Positions 38,212-48,600 of a DNA stretch of 64,000 bases are shown here, one piece after another. This DNA is from a virus: positions 1 to 64,000 of the IMG/VR virus record IMGVR_UViG_3300048691_000181; one strand, written 5' to 3'. Under the pieces are notes generated by a model. The model was not told the origin of the DNA, did no database searches, and saw nothing but the letters and a program-made list of their open reading frames with translations. Position 1 is the stretch's first letter, and each line of letters begins with the position of its first letter. The position numbers and the translations under genes are program-made.

Positions 38212-39413
38212 TGAAAAAATATATTTTTTTAATTCTTAGTATTTGTGTATTTTCATTAAATGCACAAATTACGATAACACCACAAGGTACAATTATGGGT
38301 ACGCTATCAACAAATTACGCTTCGCTTTCAACAAGCGATTCCTTTGTCAGGATGAAGTCGGATGGTACATTATTGGGTTCACCTATTTCAGGCTGGATAC
38401 AACCAGCTATTGTAGTTCCGACATCTTTTAATTCTACATTAACTCAAAAGCTACTATCGGGGCTTGTAGTAAATGGTACGAATACGGATAGTGTTATTTG
38501 CTTTAACGCTACAACGAAAGTTTATACAAAAGTGGCAAGAACAGCATTAACTACGGTTAGTACTGTTGATTATCTACAAGCTAAACTATCAGCAGCACAA
38601 ACAAAGACTGCTGTAAGCGATATCATTCTTAATACACTTGTATCGGGAAATATCCCACTCAATACAGCAACAGGGGTAATTACATTAACAGCAGGAAAGA
38701 CTTATAAGTTAGAAGCACGTGTTTATTCCCAAAATACAACAGGAGGGGCAAATGACTTTTATTTTGAGTTTGTAGATGCTACTTCAAATGTTGGAATAAT
38801 TAGTGGCTTGAATGGTATTGGCGGTATTTTAACAACTGGTTCTTTTTTGAGAAACTACAATCCGAACGTTTCTTTGATTTATACTCCTTCTACTAATCAA
38901 GCAATTAAGTTAAGGATTACCAGTTTCAGCGTTACTTCAACAGATATTATGGCTGCTACAAATATGACAGTAGAACAAATAGGCTTGACGGGAGTTAACG
39001 TACTGCCTATTGCAAATGGTGGTACTGGTTCGTCTACTCAAAATTTTGTAGATTTATCTTCAACAGCACAGGGCAGATTGGGCAGTCTTGGTATTGGTGT
39101 ATTAATTCCTACATCAAATTTGCATATTGTTGGCAGTTTAGCAACATCTATTAGAGAAAGCACTGTAACAGCTATAACAGTAGCAGCAATAGACCGCACA
39201 GTTATTTACACAATAACAACAGGCATGCCTGCATTTACCTTACCTGCCGCAAATACGTGTAGTGGTAGAGAGTATAGATTAGTTAATTATTCTGCAACGG
39301 CAGGAAGTGTAAGTAGTTATACTGGATTTACGGGTATAGCAGCCACGACAATACTTGCCCAATCTTCCATCGTAGTTCAATCAAATGGAACGACATGGAG
39401 ACGTGTTGAATAA
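38211..39413 (+). CDS. signal-peptide-bearing fibre-like protein
   Basis: Sec signal; C1q/BclA-like segment; VLPIANGGTG fibre motif; C-terminal TLPAA...GREYRLVN...VQSNGTTW. Confidence 0.7.
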   Translation: MKKYIFLILSICVFSLNAQITITPQGTIMGTLSTNYASLSTSDSFVRMKSDGTLLGSPISGWIQPAIVVPTSFNSTLTQKLLSGLVVNGTNTDSVICFNATTKVYTKVARTALTTVSTVDYLQAKLSAAQTKTAVSDIILNTLVSGNIPLNTATGVITLTAGKTYKLEARVYSQNTTGGANDFYFEFVDATSNVGIISGLNGIGGILTTGSFLRNYNPNVSLIYTPSTNQAIKLRITSFSVTSTDIMAATNMTVEQIGLTGVNVLPIANGGTGSSTQNFVDLSSTAQGRLGSLGIGVLIPTSNLHIVGSLATSIRESTVTAITVAAIDRTVIYTITTGMPAFTLPAANTCSGREYRLVNYSATAGSVSSYTGFTGIAATTILAQSSIVVQSNGTTWRRVE

Positions 39414-39424
39414 ACTAAATAAAC

Positions 39425-39886
39425 ATGATAAAGCTATATCTAATCTTAGCAATAGTTTTATTTATAACGCTATTCGCTTACTTAATAATCAAATTTTTAA
39501 AAAGACTAACAATGTTTACACTTCAAACAACAGTTGACTTCAATCAACTCATAACAGGACAAGCTGTTCAAGATACACAGCTTCAAAATATTGCAGCAGT
39601 AACAGCAGAATTGACTGCCAATGTTCAACCAGCACTTGATTTGGTCACTTCAACACAAGCACAATTGGTTCTTGACCAAGAAGCTATCGTAGCCGCACAA
39701 GCAGTTATAGATGCAGCTAATGCTAAATTGGCAGCAAATCAAGTAATTGCTGATGCAGCAATTACTATGTATCAAGTAGCTTCGATTGACCTTACAGCAT
39801 GGACGACTTATGCACAGGACTTATCTGATGACATGGCTACGGTCGAAGGTTTGAAAGATATATATACTCGGAACAACGGACAGTAA
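39425..39886 (+). CDS. coiled-coil protein with an optional N-terminal TM anchor (second start at 39512)
   Basis: ORF track; A/Q-rich heptads. Confidence 0.6.
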   Translation: MIKLYLILAIVLFITLFAYLIIKFLKRLTMFTLQTTVDFNQLITGQAVQDTQLQNIAAVTAELTANVQPALDLVTSTQAQLVLDQEAIVAAQAVIDAANAKLAANQVIADAAITMYQVASIDLTAWTTYAQDLSDDMATVEGLKDIYTRNNGQ

Positions 39887-39970
39887 CTTTTAGTATTCAT
39901 TGGAGGAGATTAAGCCCTCCTCCAATATTATGTCTTTAACACAAAAAAGAAATATTCAAACAAAACAACA

Positions 39971-40393
39971 ATGCCACAAATATCTAACCCCCAAACAGTA
40001 GGGAATAGCTTAGATTTACAACAAGCTGTTTAGTCTGCCATGTTTGCTTTTGCAACTCAATTATTAAAAGATGAAAAAGCAATATCGGCGCCTAATCAAG
40101 GCTATCAAATGTACGCTAAACGTATTGCATTTGCCAACCTTGTAATGCAGTCATATAGTCCCGATTCGATTTCCCAATGGGCAAAACGAGCAGCTACATT
40201 AATTGCCATAATTCAGCCAGATATTGTATTAAATGAACAAGCTACATTTAGATATCTGCTTCAAGATAATCCAATGGGACGTAATTGCATGGAAACGGAA
40301 TTCGCTTTGTTTCAATGGAATCAACAAGGCGAAACTTCGGGTCGCCAATTATGGGATACACTATCTGGTGTAAGCCAATTAGATTTACAATAA
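39971..40393 (+). CDS. hypothetical protein with an in-frame TAG at 40031-40033
   Basis: ATG 39971 after an A-rich leader reads MPQISNPQTVGNSLDLQQAV*SAMFAF..., in frame with track ORF 40040..40393. Confidence 0.55.
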
Positions 40394-40415
40394 AAAACTT
40401 AAACAATAATATTTT

Positions 40416-40880
40416 ATGAAACACGTATTAATTTTGGCTATGAGCCTATTCGCATTCACACTATCTGCACAAGATGTCAACTGTACAACAATCAAGGCTG
40501 TTCAAGCCGAACTTAAAATCTCAACCGAGAAGGTAATGATTAAGGCTCCGAGAACTCATTTTGAAGAGCGTTCTGAAACTGTTATGGTAAAAGCTGCTCG
40601 CACGCATTGGGAAGAGAAAGCATCTGACAAGCTTTTGTCAGATGAATATACTAAGGTTTTTCAAGACGCTACTGGCAAGTGGTGTGAATTGAAAGTTCCT
40701 GCTGTTTATATCTCTGTTGTAGAGAGCGTTGAGATTATCGATACGCCAGCAGAATACAGAACATTTACAAGATACATCGAGGTAGTAGACGTTCCTGCTG
40801 AATATAAGATGATTACAATTACTCATCGCATTAAAGATGGTTATGTTCGCGTTATCAATGTTGACTGTTCTGGTCGATAG
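40416..40880 (+). CDS. secreted protein with (V)PAEY repeats
   Basis: Sec signal; WCELKVPAVY, TPAEYRT and VPAEYKM. Confidence 0.7.
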   Translation: MKHVLILAMSLFAFTLSAQDVNCTTIKAVQAELKISTEKVMIKAPRTHFEERSETVMVKAARTHWEEKASDKLLSDEYTKVFQDATGKWCELKVPAVYISVVESVEIIDTPAEYRTFTRYIEVVDVPAEYKMITITHRIKDGYVRVINVDCSGR

Positions 40881-40909
40881 TTTAAGATAAACTTTAAAGC
40901 ATTTTAAAC

Positions 40910-41230
40910 ATGGACAATAACATACAAACGGTACTTTGGGGAGCAGTTGGCGCGGCAGGCACCGCCTTATCTGCATGGATTTTTAAGCTGGCTTTAACGC
41001 CCAACCAAAGAATTTCTGAGATGAATACCATTGTGGCAGCGCACTCAAAGATGCTTGTAGATATATCCAATGAGCTTCAAGAGGTCTTAATTGAGAATAG
41101 AAATTTCAAGGAACGCATCAAAGAGTTGGAGAAAGAAAATCACGAACTCTATACCAAAATAGAAAAATTAGAAAAGTCGGATGAAAACAATACACGAATT
41201 AACAAGCAGGCTCGAAGAATTGGGTCATAA
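40910..41230 (+). CDS. holin-like protein (TM plus coiled coil)
   Basis: Single TM segment, directly upstream of the lysin candidate. Confidence 0.5.
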   Translation: MDNNIQTVLWGAVGAAGTALSAWIFKLALTPNQRISEMNTIVAAHSKMLVDISNELQEVLIENRNFKERIKELEKENHELYTKIEKLEKSDENNTRINKQARRIGS

Positions 41231-41756
41231 GATATATCGAGAACCATGGGAGTTAAATCTTGTTTTCATTAGAACAAGTCAGAGATTTACTAATAAGTTT
41301 GATGATGAAGCTTACTGGTTTTGGTGGAATGATAAGGGGGAGTTGGGATTTAAGTCTGCTAAGTGTACAACAAAAGCTGGCTTCTATTATGCTTTACATC
41401 CTATGGGTTCCAACGGAACAGCAATCCTTAAAGAGCAGCAATATTTGGATTCGTGGAAGTTAGGCTTACACCATTCTGATTATGCTGCTCTTGTTCAGGC
41501 TAAACCTATATCCGTTTGGAGAGATAACAATAAGGATTCTAAGTTAGATAACAGGGCAGAAGAGACTGGTTCTTTTTATATCAATATTCATCGAGCATCT
41601 AAGAATAAAGAATCTATGATTGTAGGTAACTGGTCAGCAGCATGCATTGTTCTTGCGAATCCTATTATGTTTCAGACCCTTATTCGTGCGGTCAACCAAC
41701 AATTAACTTTGGGGAAAAGAGATGTCTTTTCTCCTACAATACTAAAAAACTTTTAG
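41181..41756 (+). CDS. putative endolysin, L,D-transpeptidase-like
   Basis: INIHRAS...VGNWSAACIV His/Cys catalytic pattern; lysis-cassette context. Confidence 0.65.
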   Translation: MKTIHELTSRLEELGHKIYREPWELNLVFIRTSQRFTNKFDDEAYWFWWNDKGELGFKSAKCTTKAGFYYALHPMGSNGTAILKEQQYLDSWKLGLHHSDYAALVQAKPISVWRDNNKDSKLDNRAEETGSFYINIHRASKNKESMIVGNWSAACIVLANPIMFQTLIRAVNQQLTLGKRDVFSPTILKNF

Positions 41757-41758
41757 AC

Positions 41759-42157
41759 ATGAAACAAAGAATTTTAACCTCGTTAACACCTATTGCGGTA
41801 TCGCTCTATAAATCATTCCAACAAAAACATCCTGTCGTTGCTTTAGCAATTGGAGGTACGGTTATGTTTACATGGGGAGCTTTAACGGCTGTAACACAAT
41901 CAGGTATTCTTCAAGGAACGCCTATGGAAGAACATGTAGGTACGATTACAAATGCTCTATCCTTCTTAGGTATGGTGGTGAATTTGCTTCTAAGCGCTTC
42001 TAATATACCTACTGCTACAATTGTAGCAAATAAGGGGGAAGTGTTCTCAGAATCAAAAGAAAAGCCATCTACGAGCATCGTAGTAACACCTGCTACTATG
42101 ATTAAACAACCTCAGTTAGGTTCTATCCAAGACGTTCTAAATAAGACTAAAAAATAG
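41759..42157 (+). CDS. two-TM membrane protein (holin-like)
   Basis: Start MKQRILTS after the lysin stop; two TM segments. Confidence 0.55.
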   Translation: MKQRILTSLTPIAVSLYKSFQQKHPVVALAIGGTVMFTWGALTAVTQSGILQGTPMEEHVGTITNALSFLGMVVNLLLSASNIPTATIVANKGEVFSESKEKPSTSIVVTPATMIKQPQLGSIQDVLNKTKK

Positions 42158-42162
42158 GAATA

Positions 42163-42576
42163 ATGATATTCACATTGAACTCAACTGGCACATATACTAT
42201 TGACTTAGATGTGTCTATTAAAACACAATATAACTTAACCAATGTTCTTACTATTGATGGCGTTATTATTGTGGCTGCTACAAATCTTCCCTATACGGCT
42301 ACGTTTACCGCAGGGGCGCACTCGATTGAGATTTTAAGAACAGGTGCTTCTGGGACATATAAAGAAAAGGCTTGTAAGCTAACTGATAAAGATATTCTAT
42401 GTAAAGTTATAAAACACATTGAGTCTTTACCAGAAGAAAAGCGTTATAAGTCACAAGCTCTCTATTTGTATTATATCTTAAATGCTGGAATAAATACATT
42501 AGAATGTACGTGTCAATGTACAGACCTAAAGACTATCTATACTGACTTAAATAACCTAATTACTGACTGCTGTTAA
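42163..42576 (+). CDS. hypothetical structural protein
   Basis: ORF track; Cys-rich C-terminus. Confidence 0.6.
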   Translation: MIFTLNSTGTYTIDLDVSIKTQYNLTNVLTIDGVIIVAATNLPYTATFTAGAHSIEILRTGASGTYKEKACKLTDKDILCKVIKHIESLPEEKRYKSQALYLYYILNAGINTLECTCQCTDLKTIYTDLNNLITDCC

Positions 42577-42578
42577 AT

Positions 42579-43157
42579 ATGGACTGTAATATTATATCTA
42601 ACTATAAGAGTATTAAGACTCAATTGGGTAATGGCATTGAATGTGACGAGAAGATAAATAAACTGAGTCAGCTTGTCTTAGTGGACTATTCTACTATTCT
42701 ATCTAATCAGACGGGTTATACGTGCAAGGATAAAGAGATTTGCAACTATTGCAATAGTTGCTCTACAAGTACTATCTCATGCAATATCGTAGAGATTACG
42801 TCTAATGGACCTAATAACCTTATGGTATCTTATTTAGGAGAGTCTAATTGTTACGATATAGGAGCAATGAACGATTGGCGTGTAAGTCTTTATCTAAATG
42901 TTACTTTTAACAATATAGGAACTGTATTGACTTCAAATATAACCTCTGTCTATTTAGATGCTGTCTTAACTACGATAACGTCTCAATCAAATGTTGTTTA
43001 CGATACGCTTAATAGCAGATACGAGATTCAGTTCAAGGCGCTTGATAATCTTCTGAATAATACTGGAACTATGAAAGTTAACTATACTGTTTCAGATGGT
43101 ACTTCTACGATAAGCCTATTCCAATATATCTCTTTAGACAATAAGAATTTATGCTAA
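42579..43157 (+). CDS. hypothetical structural protein
   Basis: ORF track; Cys-rich N-terminus, beta-rich C-terminus. Confidence 0.6.
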   Translation: MDCNIISNYKSIKTQLGNGIECDEKINKLSQLVLVDYSTILSNQTGYTCKDKEICNYCNSCSTSTISCNIVEITSNGPNNLMVSYLGESNCYDIGAMNDWRVSLYLNVTFNNIGTVLTSNITSVYLDAVLTTITSQSNVVYDTLNSRYEIQFKALDNLLNNTGTMKVNYTVSDGTSTISLFQYISLDNKNLC

Positions 43158-43184
43158 GAGAAAATAACACTTAAATTTACTATT

Positions 43185-43292
43185 ATGCGTATCAATATAT
43201 TACCTAATCCTGCATCGGCTTATTTCGATGATGAGACATTGGAACTGTTTGCTATTTATGCTCAAGGGCGCATTAATCCTTTTGGACTCTAA
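43185..43292 (+). CDS. 35-aa small protein
   Basis: MRINILPNPASAYFDDETLELFAIYAQGRINPFGL, followed by a terminator. Confidence 0.35.
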   Translation: MRINILPNPASAYFDDETLELFAIYAQGRINPFGL

Positions 43293-43311
43293 GATAGCAT
43301 ACACTAAAAAT

Positions 43312-43357
43312 AAAAAGCGTTTTTGGTATCTCCAATGATACCAGACACGCTTTTTTT
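43312..43357 (+). terminator. intrinsic, possibly bidirectional, terminator
   Basis: AAAAAGCGT..TGGTATC/GATACCA..ACGCTTTTTTT; followed by TATATTTG (-7-like box) at 43361. Confidence 0.65.
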
Positions 43358-43408
43358 ATGTATATTTGTATTTAAAGTAAAAAAAGAAAATAAGAAAATC
43401 ATAACCAG

Positions 43409-44140
43409 ATGAACTTAAAAACACATATAGACGCACTTAAACAGTTAATGCATGGCGGCATCCCTTCTGATGATAGACGCCTTTCTGACGGCTTCTTATC
43501 GCATATTCTCTTTGCGGTCAGAAATGACCTTTTGAGAAAACGCTTAGACAAGGGAGTGGCTCTATCGGAAGAAGTTTATAGTACACTTTGTATGGATGTT
43601 TCAGATTCCGCCTTTCATAATTGTAATTGCGCAGAAGGTGGATGTCCTGTAAAGAGGACTGTCTTTCACGTACCTAATGCACTTCAAACAAAGAAAGGCG
43701 TTACATTAAAGGTGATGAATCTAAATGGAGAAGTTATAGATAACCTGAGTGTAGATACCAACAAATACTCTAAAGAGCATGGACTCATACAACGCCTTAA
43801 AAGCCCCGATTCCTTTGATATAAGCCAGATGAATTGGTATTTCCACGCGAACCACATCTTCGTTCAAAACAACCCGCATATCAAAAAAATACTTGTCAAA
43901 GGCGTCTTTGCAGAATCCGTTTCAAACTTAAATCTTGAACAGTGTACAGGCATAAATACTAATTGTGTCTATCCTTATTCTGATTCAGGATTCATTGACC
44001 AAGACTTATTACCTGCGCTTTATGCGATGAGTCTTCATCTGATTAACCGTCCTGTTCAAGATAAGGTGTCAGATGAAATAGATGCGACTGTGCCTACGGA
44101 AGCCATGAGTCAAAGGCAGTCCAGAAGAAGAACTAATTAA
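43409..44140 (+). CDS. tail/neck ring-like protein
   Basis: SDDRRLS...LCMDV...KILVKGVF pattern and crAss-like position. Confidence 0.55.
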   Translation: MNLKTHIDALKQLMHGGIPSDDRRLSDGFLSHILFAVRNDLLRKRLDKGVALSEEVYSTLCMDVSDSAFHNCNCAEGGCPVKRTVFHVPNALQTKKGVTLKVMNLNGEVIDNLSVDTNKYSKEHGLIQRLKSPDSFDISQMNWYFHANHIFVQNNPHIKKILVKGVFAESVSNLNLEQCTGINTNCVYPYSDSGFIDQDLLPALYAMSLHLINRPVQDKVSDEIDATVPTEAMSQRQSRRRTN

Positions 44141-44194
44141 GAAAAGAGAAGTAAAAAATAAAAGAAGAATAACTAAGAATAAAAAATAAAAAGA

Positions 44195-44806
44195 ATGCAA
44201 TTAAGAGATACATATTTACCAGAATATTTAGAACTATTCGATTATACCGAAAAAGATAAGAGTTTAGTCGCATCAAGAAAAACAGTAGGGCTTAAAGACT
44301 TTTATCTTCATTATGCCTCTGATAGAGCAAAAGAAGGGAAAGCAGTAGAATTCACATTCTCTGAATTTAAAGAGTTCTGTTCTATTTATAACGAATACTT
44401 AGCTCAAGAGATATGTCGAGAAGGTACATGGATTAAATTACCTTTTGGTATGGGACTAATAGGTATATCTAAATTTACGCCAAGATACTATAAACCACGG
44501 TTTAAGAAAGAAGGTGTAGAGCTATATACGAATCCACATTCAGAAGGTTTTGTCGCTAAGTTCTCGTGGGATAAAGAGAAAGCTATGCTAACGAATAAGA
44601 CTCTTTGGAGGCACGTAGCTCCATCTTCTCTTAGGCAGAATATAGCTAAGGCTATCTTCAACTATGATGCTGCTGGTAAATACCATATCTTAGATAGAGA
44701 ATCAGAGAAGTTAACACGTCAAGCGTTTAGGAAAGAAAAGAAACAAAAAGAAATGAACGAACGAGCTGAAAAGCTTAATCTAAAACAAGGAAAAACAAAA
44801 GCTTAA
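44195..44806 (+). CDS. IHF/HU-like protein (crAss-type)
   Basis: IKLPFGMGLIGISK...NPHSEGFVAKFSW. Confidence 0.6.
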   Translation: MQLRDTYLPEYLELFDYTEKDKSLVASRKTVGLKDFYLHYASDRAKEGKAVEFTFSEFKEFCSIYNEYLAQEICREGTWIKLPFGMGLIGISKFTPRYYKPRFKKEGVELYTNPHSEGFVAKFSWDKEKAMLTNKTLWRHVAPSSLRQNIAKAIFNYDAAGKYHILDRESEKLTRQAFRKEKKQKEMNERAEKLNLKQGKTKA

Positions 44807-45636
44807 TGAAATACGTCTCAATAAAATCCATCCTCTATGACCTCTCAACCACGATAGAGCCAAGCGAATGGAACGAATCTACGGTTATAGAATGGGCTCT
44901 AAAGGCTTCGAGAAAGATAGGTGTTATAGATATGTTGACACCTAAGCACGAGTTATGTGAAGTTATTGGACATACGTTTAAGAAACCTGACGACTTAAAG
45001 ACTTTAACTCAAGTATGGGTTTATACACTTTCTGTTTCTAATCCCTACTTTAACTCTTCAATAGAGTTGGCAAGACTTAGGCAACAAGTTGTAGACAGAC
45101 TTCAAGTACCTAAGCCAGACATCTGGTTAGATGGTATTCTCAATGCACGAGGAGGTTCAATTTCTCAAACATCAAAGACATGGCGTGTGCTCTATAAGAA
45201 TACGGGAACACCTATGATGCCCTGCTTACAAGAGAAAAGTTGTATGATGGAATATCGAGAAGAAGGTAATGCGATTAAGGTAACCCCTAAAACAGCAATT
45301 GTTTTATTGTCTTATCTGGCTTATGCCCAAGACAATGGAGAGTATATGATTCCTGATAACGAGAATTTTAAAGAAGCCTTGACCAATTATATCCTTTATC
45401 GCCTATACGACGCTAAAGTAAAAGTAGAGCCTAACCAGTTCAATCAAGCTGAAAGGAATATGCATCTTCAACGATATAATACACTGGCTGCACGTGCCAA
45501 GGGTGAATTGAATTCACCTGATGTAGGCACACTTGAAAACTTGAAGAATATTCGTACCAGAATGATGCCTAAGGGGAATCTCTTTGAATCAGGTTTTCAA
45601 TCTCTAAATCAACCAGAAAGAGGTAACCGCTTCTAA
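44806..45636 (+). CDS. tail ring/tubular protein
   Basis: KYVSIKSILYDL...VLLSYLA...MIPDNENFKEALTNYI; precedes the muzzle gene. Confidence 0.6.
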   Translation: MKYVSIKSILYDLSTTIEPSEWNESTVIEWALKASRKIGVIDMLTPKHELCEVIGHTFKKPDDLKTLTQVWVYTLSVSNPYFNSSIELARLRQQVVDRLQVPKPDIWLDGILNARGGSISQTSKTWRVLYKNTGTPMMPCLQEKSCMMEYREEGNAIKVTPKTAIVLLSYLAYAQDNGEYMIPDNENFKEALTNYILYRLYDAKVKVEPNQFNQAERNMHLQRYNTLAARAKGELNSPDVGTLENLKNIRTRMMPKGNLFESGFQSLNQPERGNRF

Positions 45637-45648
45637 ACCAAAAAGAAA

Positions 45649-48600
45649 ATGCAAAAGACACTATCTAATACTTTTACAGGCGGGATGAACTGGGCGCTTC
45701 TTCCACAACTGGTACCGCCTAATCAATACGAGCAAGCCCTTAATGCTGTAACACAAGATAGAGAAGGGCAATTAGGTGGCTTATCTACGGAACAATCTAA
45801 CTTCAAGTGTGGTACACTTCCATTAGACTATGTGCTCATAGGGCATCAACTTCTTTCTGATACAGATAAAGAACTCTATGTCTTATTCTATGCAGGAGCT
45901 AATGGCTATGGAGAAATAGGTATTCATAATCCTACTGATTGTGGTTACACTAAAATAGTCGGTTCTACGTGTTTAAACTTTAATGAACAATATCCTGTTT
46001 CTGCCTTGTTGAAAATACAAGACAATTCAAATCGGTTTGTTTATTTTACGGATGGCGTAAATCCATACCGTGTAATAAATATAGACGATAAGGCAAGATA
46101 TGTTACAGACCCTAATCTTCCTACTGAGACACTTATTTGCGACGCCCTCTTGTTTGCGCCTAATATGGAAACACCTTATCTAAAGGCTATAGAAGTCTTA
46201 GATGGCGGTTCTTTGAAGATGGGGCATTATCAGTGTTATGCACGTTATGTTGATAAAGAACTTATCGTCACAAATGTCATAGCTCAGTCTAATGACGTAA
46301 TGATAAATAGATACGCTGCTTCAGAAGGATATTTCACTATAGATGGAGGCTACAATATTTCTGATGCTGGCATAGCTGCTGGTACAGAGCAATATCCTAA
46401 GACTAATAAGTCTATCAAGTACACTTTATACAACACGGACAATCGGTTTGATTATGTCGAATTCTTGATTGTCCTTTTTACTGGTGGAGACAATGCTATC
46501 TCTACGGTAGAAAAGAGTGCCCCTATTGCTATATCCAAAACTTCGTCAAATCCAACAGACCCTAATGGTACAGTAACATGGGTTTATACAGGATATAATG
46601 GACTATCGGGATATTCTATCAATGAGGTGATTATAGATAAGACCATCCTTAGCACAGTAAAAGCGCATATTCAAAAAGACAATAGACTATTTATTGCTAA
46701 TACTGTTGAAGAAACGACTATGGACTATTCTCTAATCCAACAAGCAGCATTGTCTATACCAGTTAGATGGAGAGCAGAACGATTACCTAAGTTTACAGCA
46801 AATATAGAAGGAAACTCGAAAAATATGTTAGAGCACAAGACGTATATGCGTGATGAAGTATATGCCTTAGGTGTTCAAGGAAGAAAGAAGAATGGTCAAA
46901 GGACACCTGTATTTCATATTCCTGGAAGAGCTCCTTTAACAGGGATAGGAGCGCCCCTGTCCTCTGGTGAAATATTTACTATTCGTACCAACCCTACCTC
47001 TGGTTGGGATAAGAAACTCTTAAACATAGTATCTTCTACTACGATTGATGCTACGGGAAATTCTGTTCAAACACATGAAGTAGAACACTTGACCAAGTAT
47101 ATAATAGGAAATCAGATAGAACGTTGGAGAGTTTATAACACGTCAAATATAGATATAGTTACGCCAACAGAATTTGGAGGCATCATGGCTTACTATGAAT
47201 GCGATGAAGTTTACCCTACGATTAAGACACCAAACGGTTTAAATCTTTATGGTTCTTTAACAGGAAAATCTATTAGGCATCATAAGATGCCTGATACAAA
47301 TACGATACTCCACTGTACAGATGACGAAGTTCGGCCTTTATCTTTAGACATCGATTTAAGTCTATTTGTCTCATCTCTGCCGTCCGTTATTACAAATCAG
47401 GTAGAATCATGGCATATTGTACAAGCTGAGCGTACAGATGAAAACAAGACCGTTCTTGACAAAGGCTTTACCACGTACAACGAGTTTAACCTATATAGAG
47501 ATACACCTCTTGCCTTCTATGATTCAGATAAAGTTATTTCTTTCTATTCTCCTAAGTCTGTATTCCAGAGAGCAGGACTAAATGGGACACACTATAAGAT
47601 AGAATGGTATAATCGAGAACAAGATGTAGAGGCAAATGTTTCAGACTATACATATTTACAACCTAATTTTGTTTCTATGGGAGGAGATAACAGAAAGATA
47701 GTACGAGAGTTTATTCAAAAGTTAGACACACTTGGACCACTTAAATACAATCCTTCTAATTTGGCAATAAAGGCATTTACTTATATTTCTCCTACGACAT
47801 TGAGCTTAACCACAGATAATTTCACATTAGGAAGTCTGGGCAATATTACTGTAACGTTAAGGAATAGAAGCTTCTCTAATGCGCTTTTGTTGTTTCAGAT
47901 GGAAAATGGAAAAGTAATAAAGAATCCTACTGATTCTGCGGCATTCCCTAATGCCAAACCTTTCTTGACGTATGGTGCTATTAAGCAAGAGAAGTCTGTC
48001 TATGGAAACTTAGACCTATTGACCTATTTCGATACCTCCAGAATGCTCAATAGTCCAAACATTAATACGACCATTAATTCTAATCTTCATATTATCAAAT
48101 CAGGAGATACGTTTATTACACCTTTGCACGTACATAATATAGCTTTCATTAACTACGGTTCAGTCCAGAACAATATCACAGAAGATTTCTATTACTATAT
48201 AGTAGAGTCTGATTTGAATGCGGGTATGAGGCATCAATGGAATGTGAATCAAAAGACTCAGGGTAATCTTTATCATAAAGGATGGTACACATGGAATGGT
48301 GCACCTCAACGCTTTGGTGAAGACATTGAAGAATATTTAGTCAGAATGAACGGAGGTATATATGCTGGTTTCTGGTCTAATTCAACGGCAGACAAAAGAC
48401 TATTTGCTCCTGCCTATCTCTATAACAAAGACTACGGCTATCAGGCTCCAATTAAGCCTCAGTATGCCTTGTCGGGACAATACGATTATATCAAATTCTC
48501 TGAAAAAAATAGGCACTATTATCGAATTAGATATTCAGAGAAGTCTTTCCAATCAGCAAGGACAGATGCTTATAGAGACTTGCGTCCTAATAACTATGTA

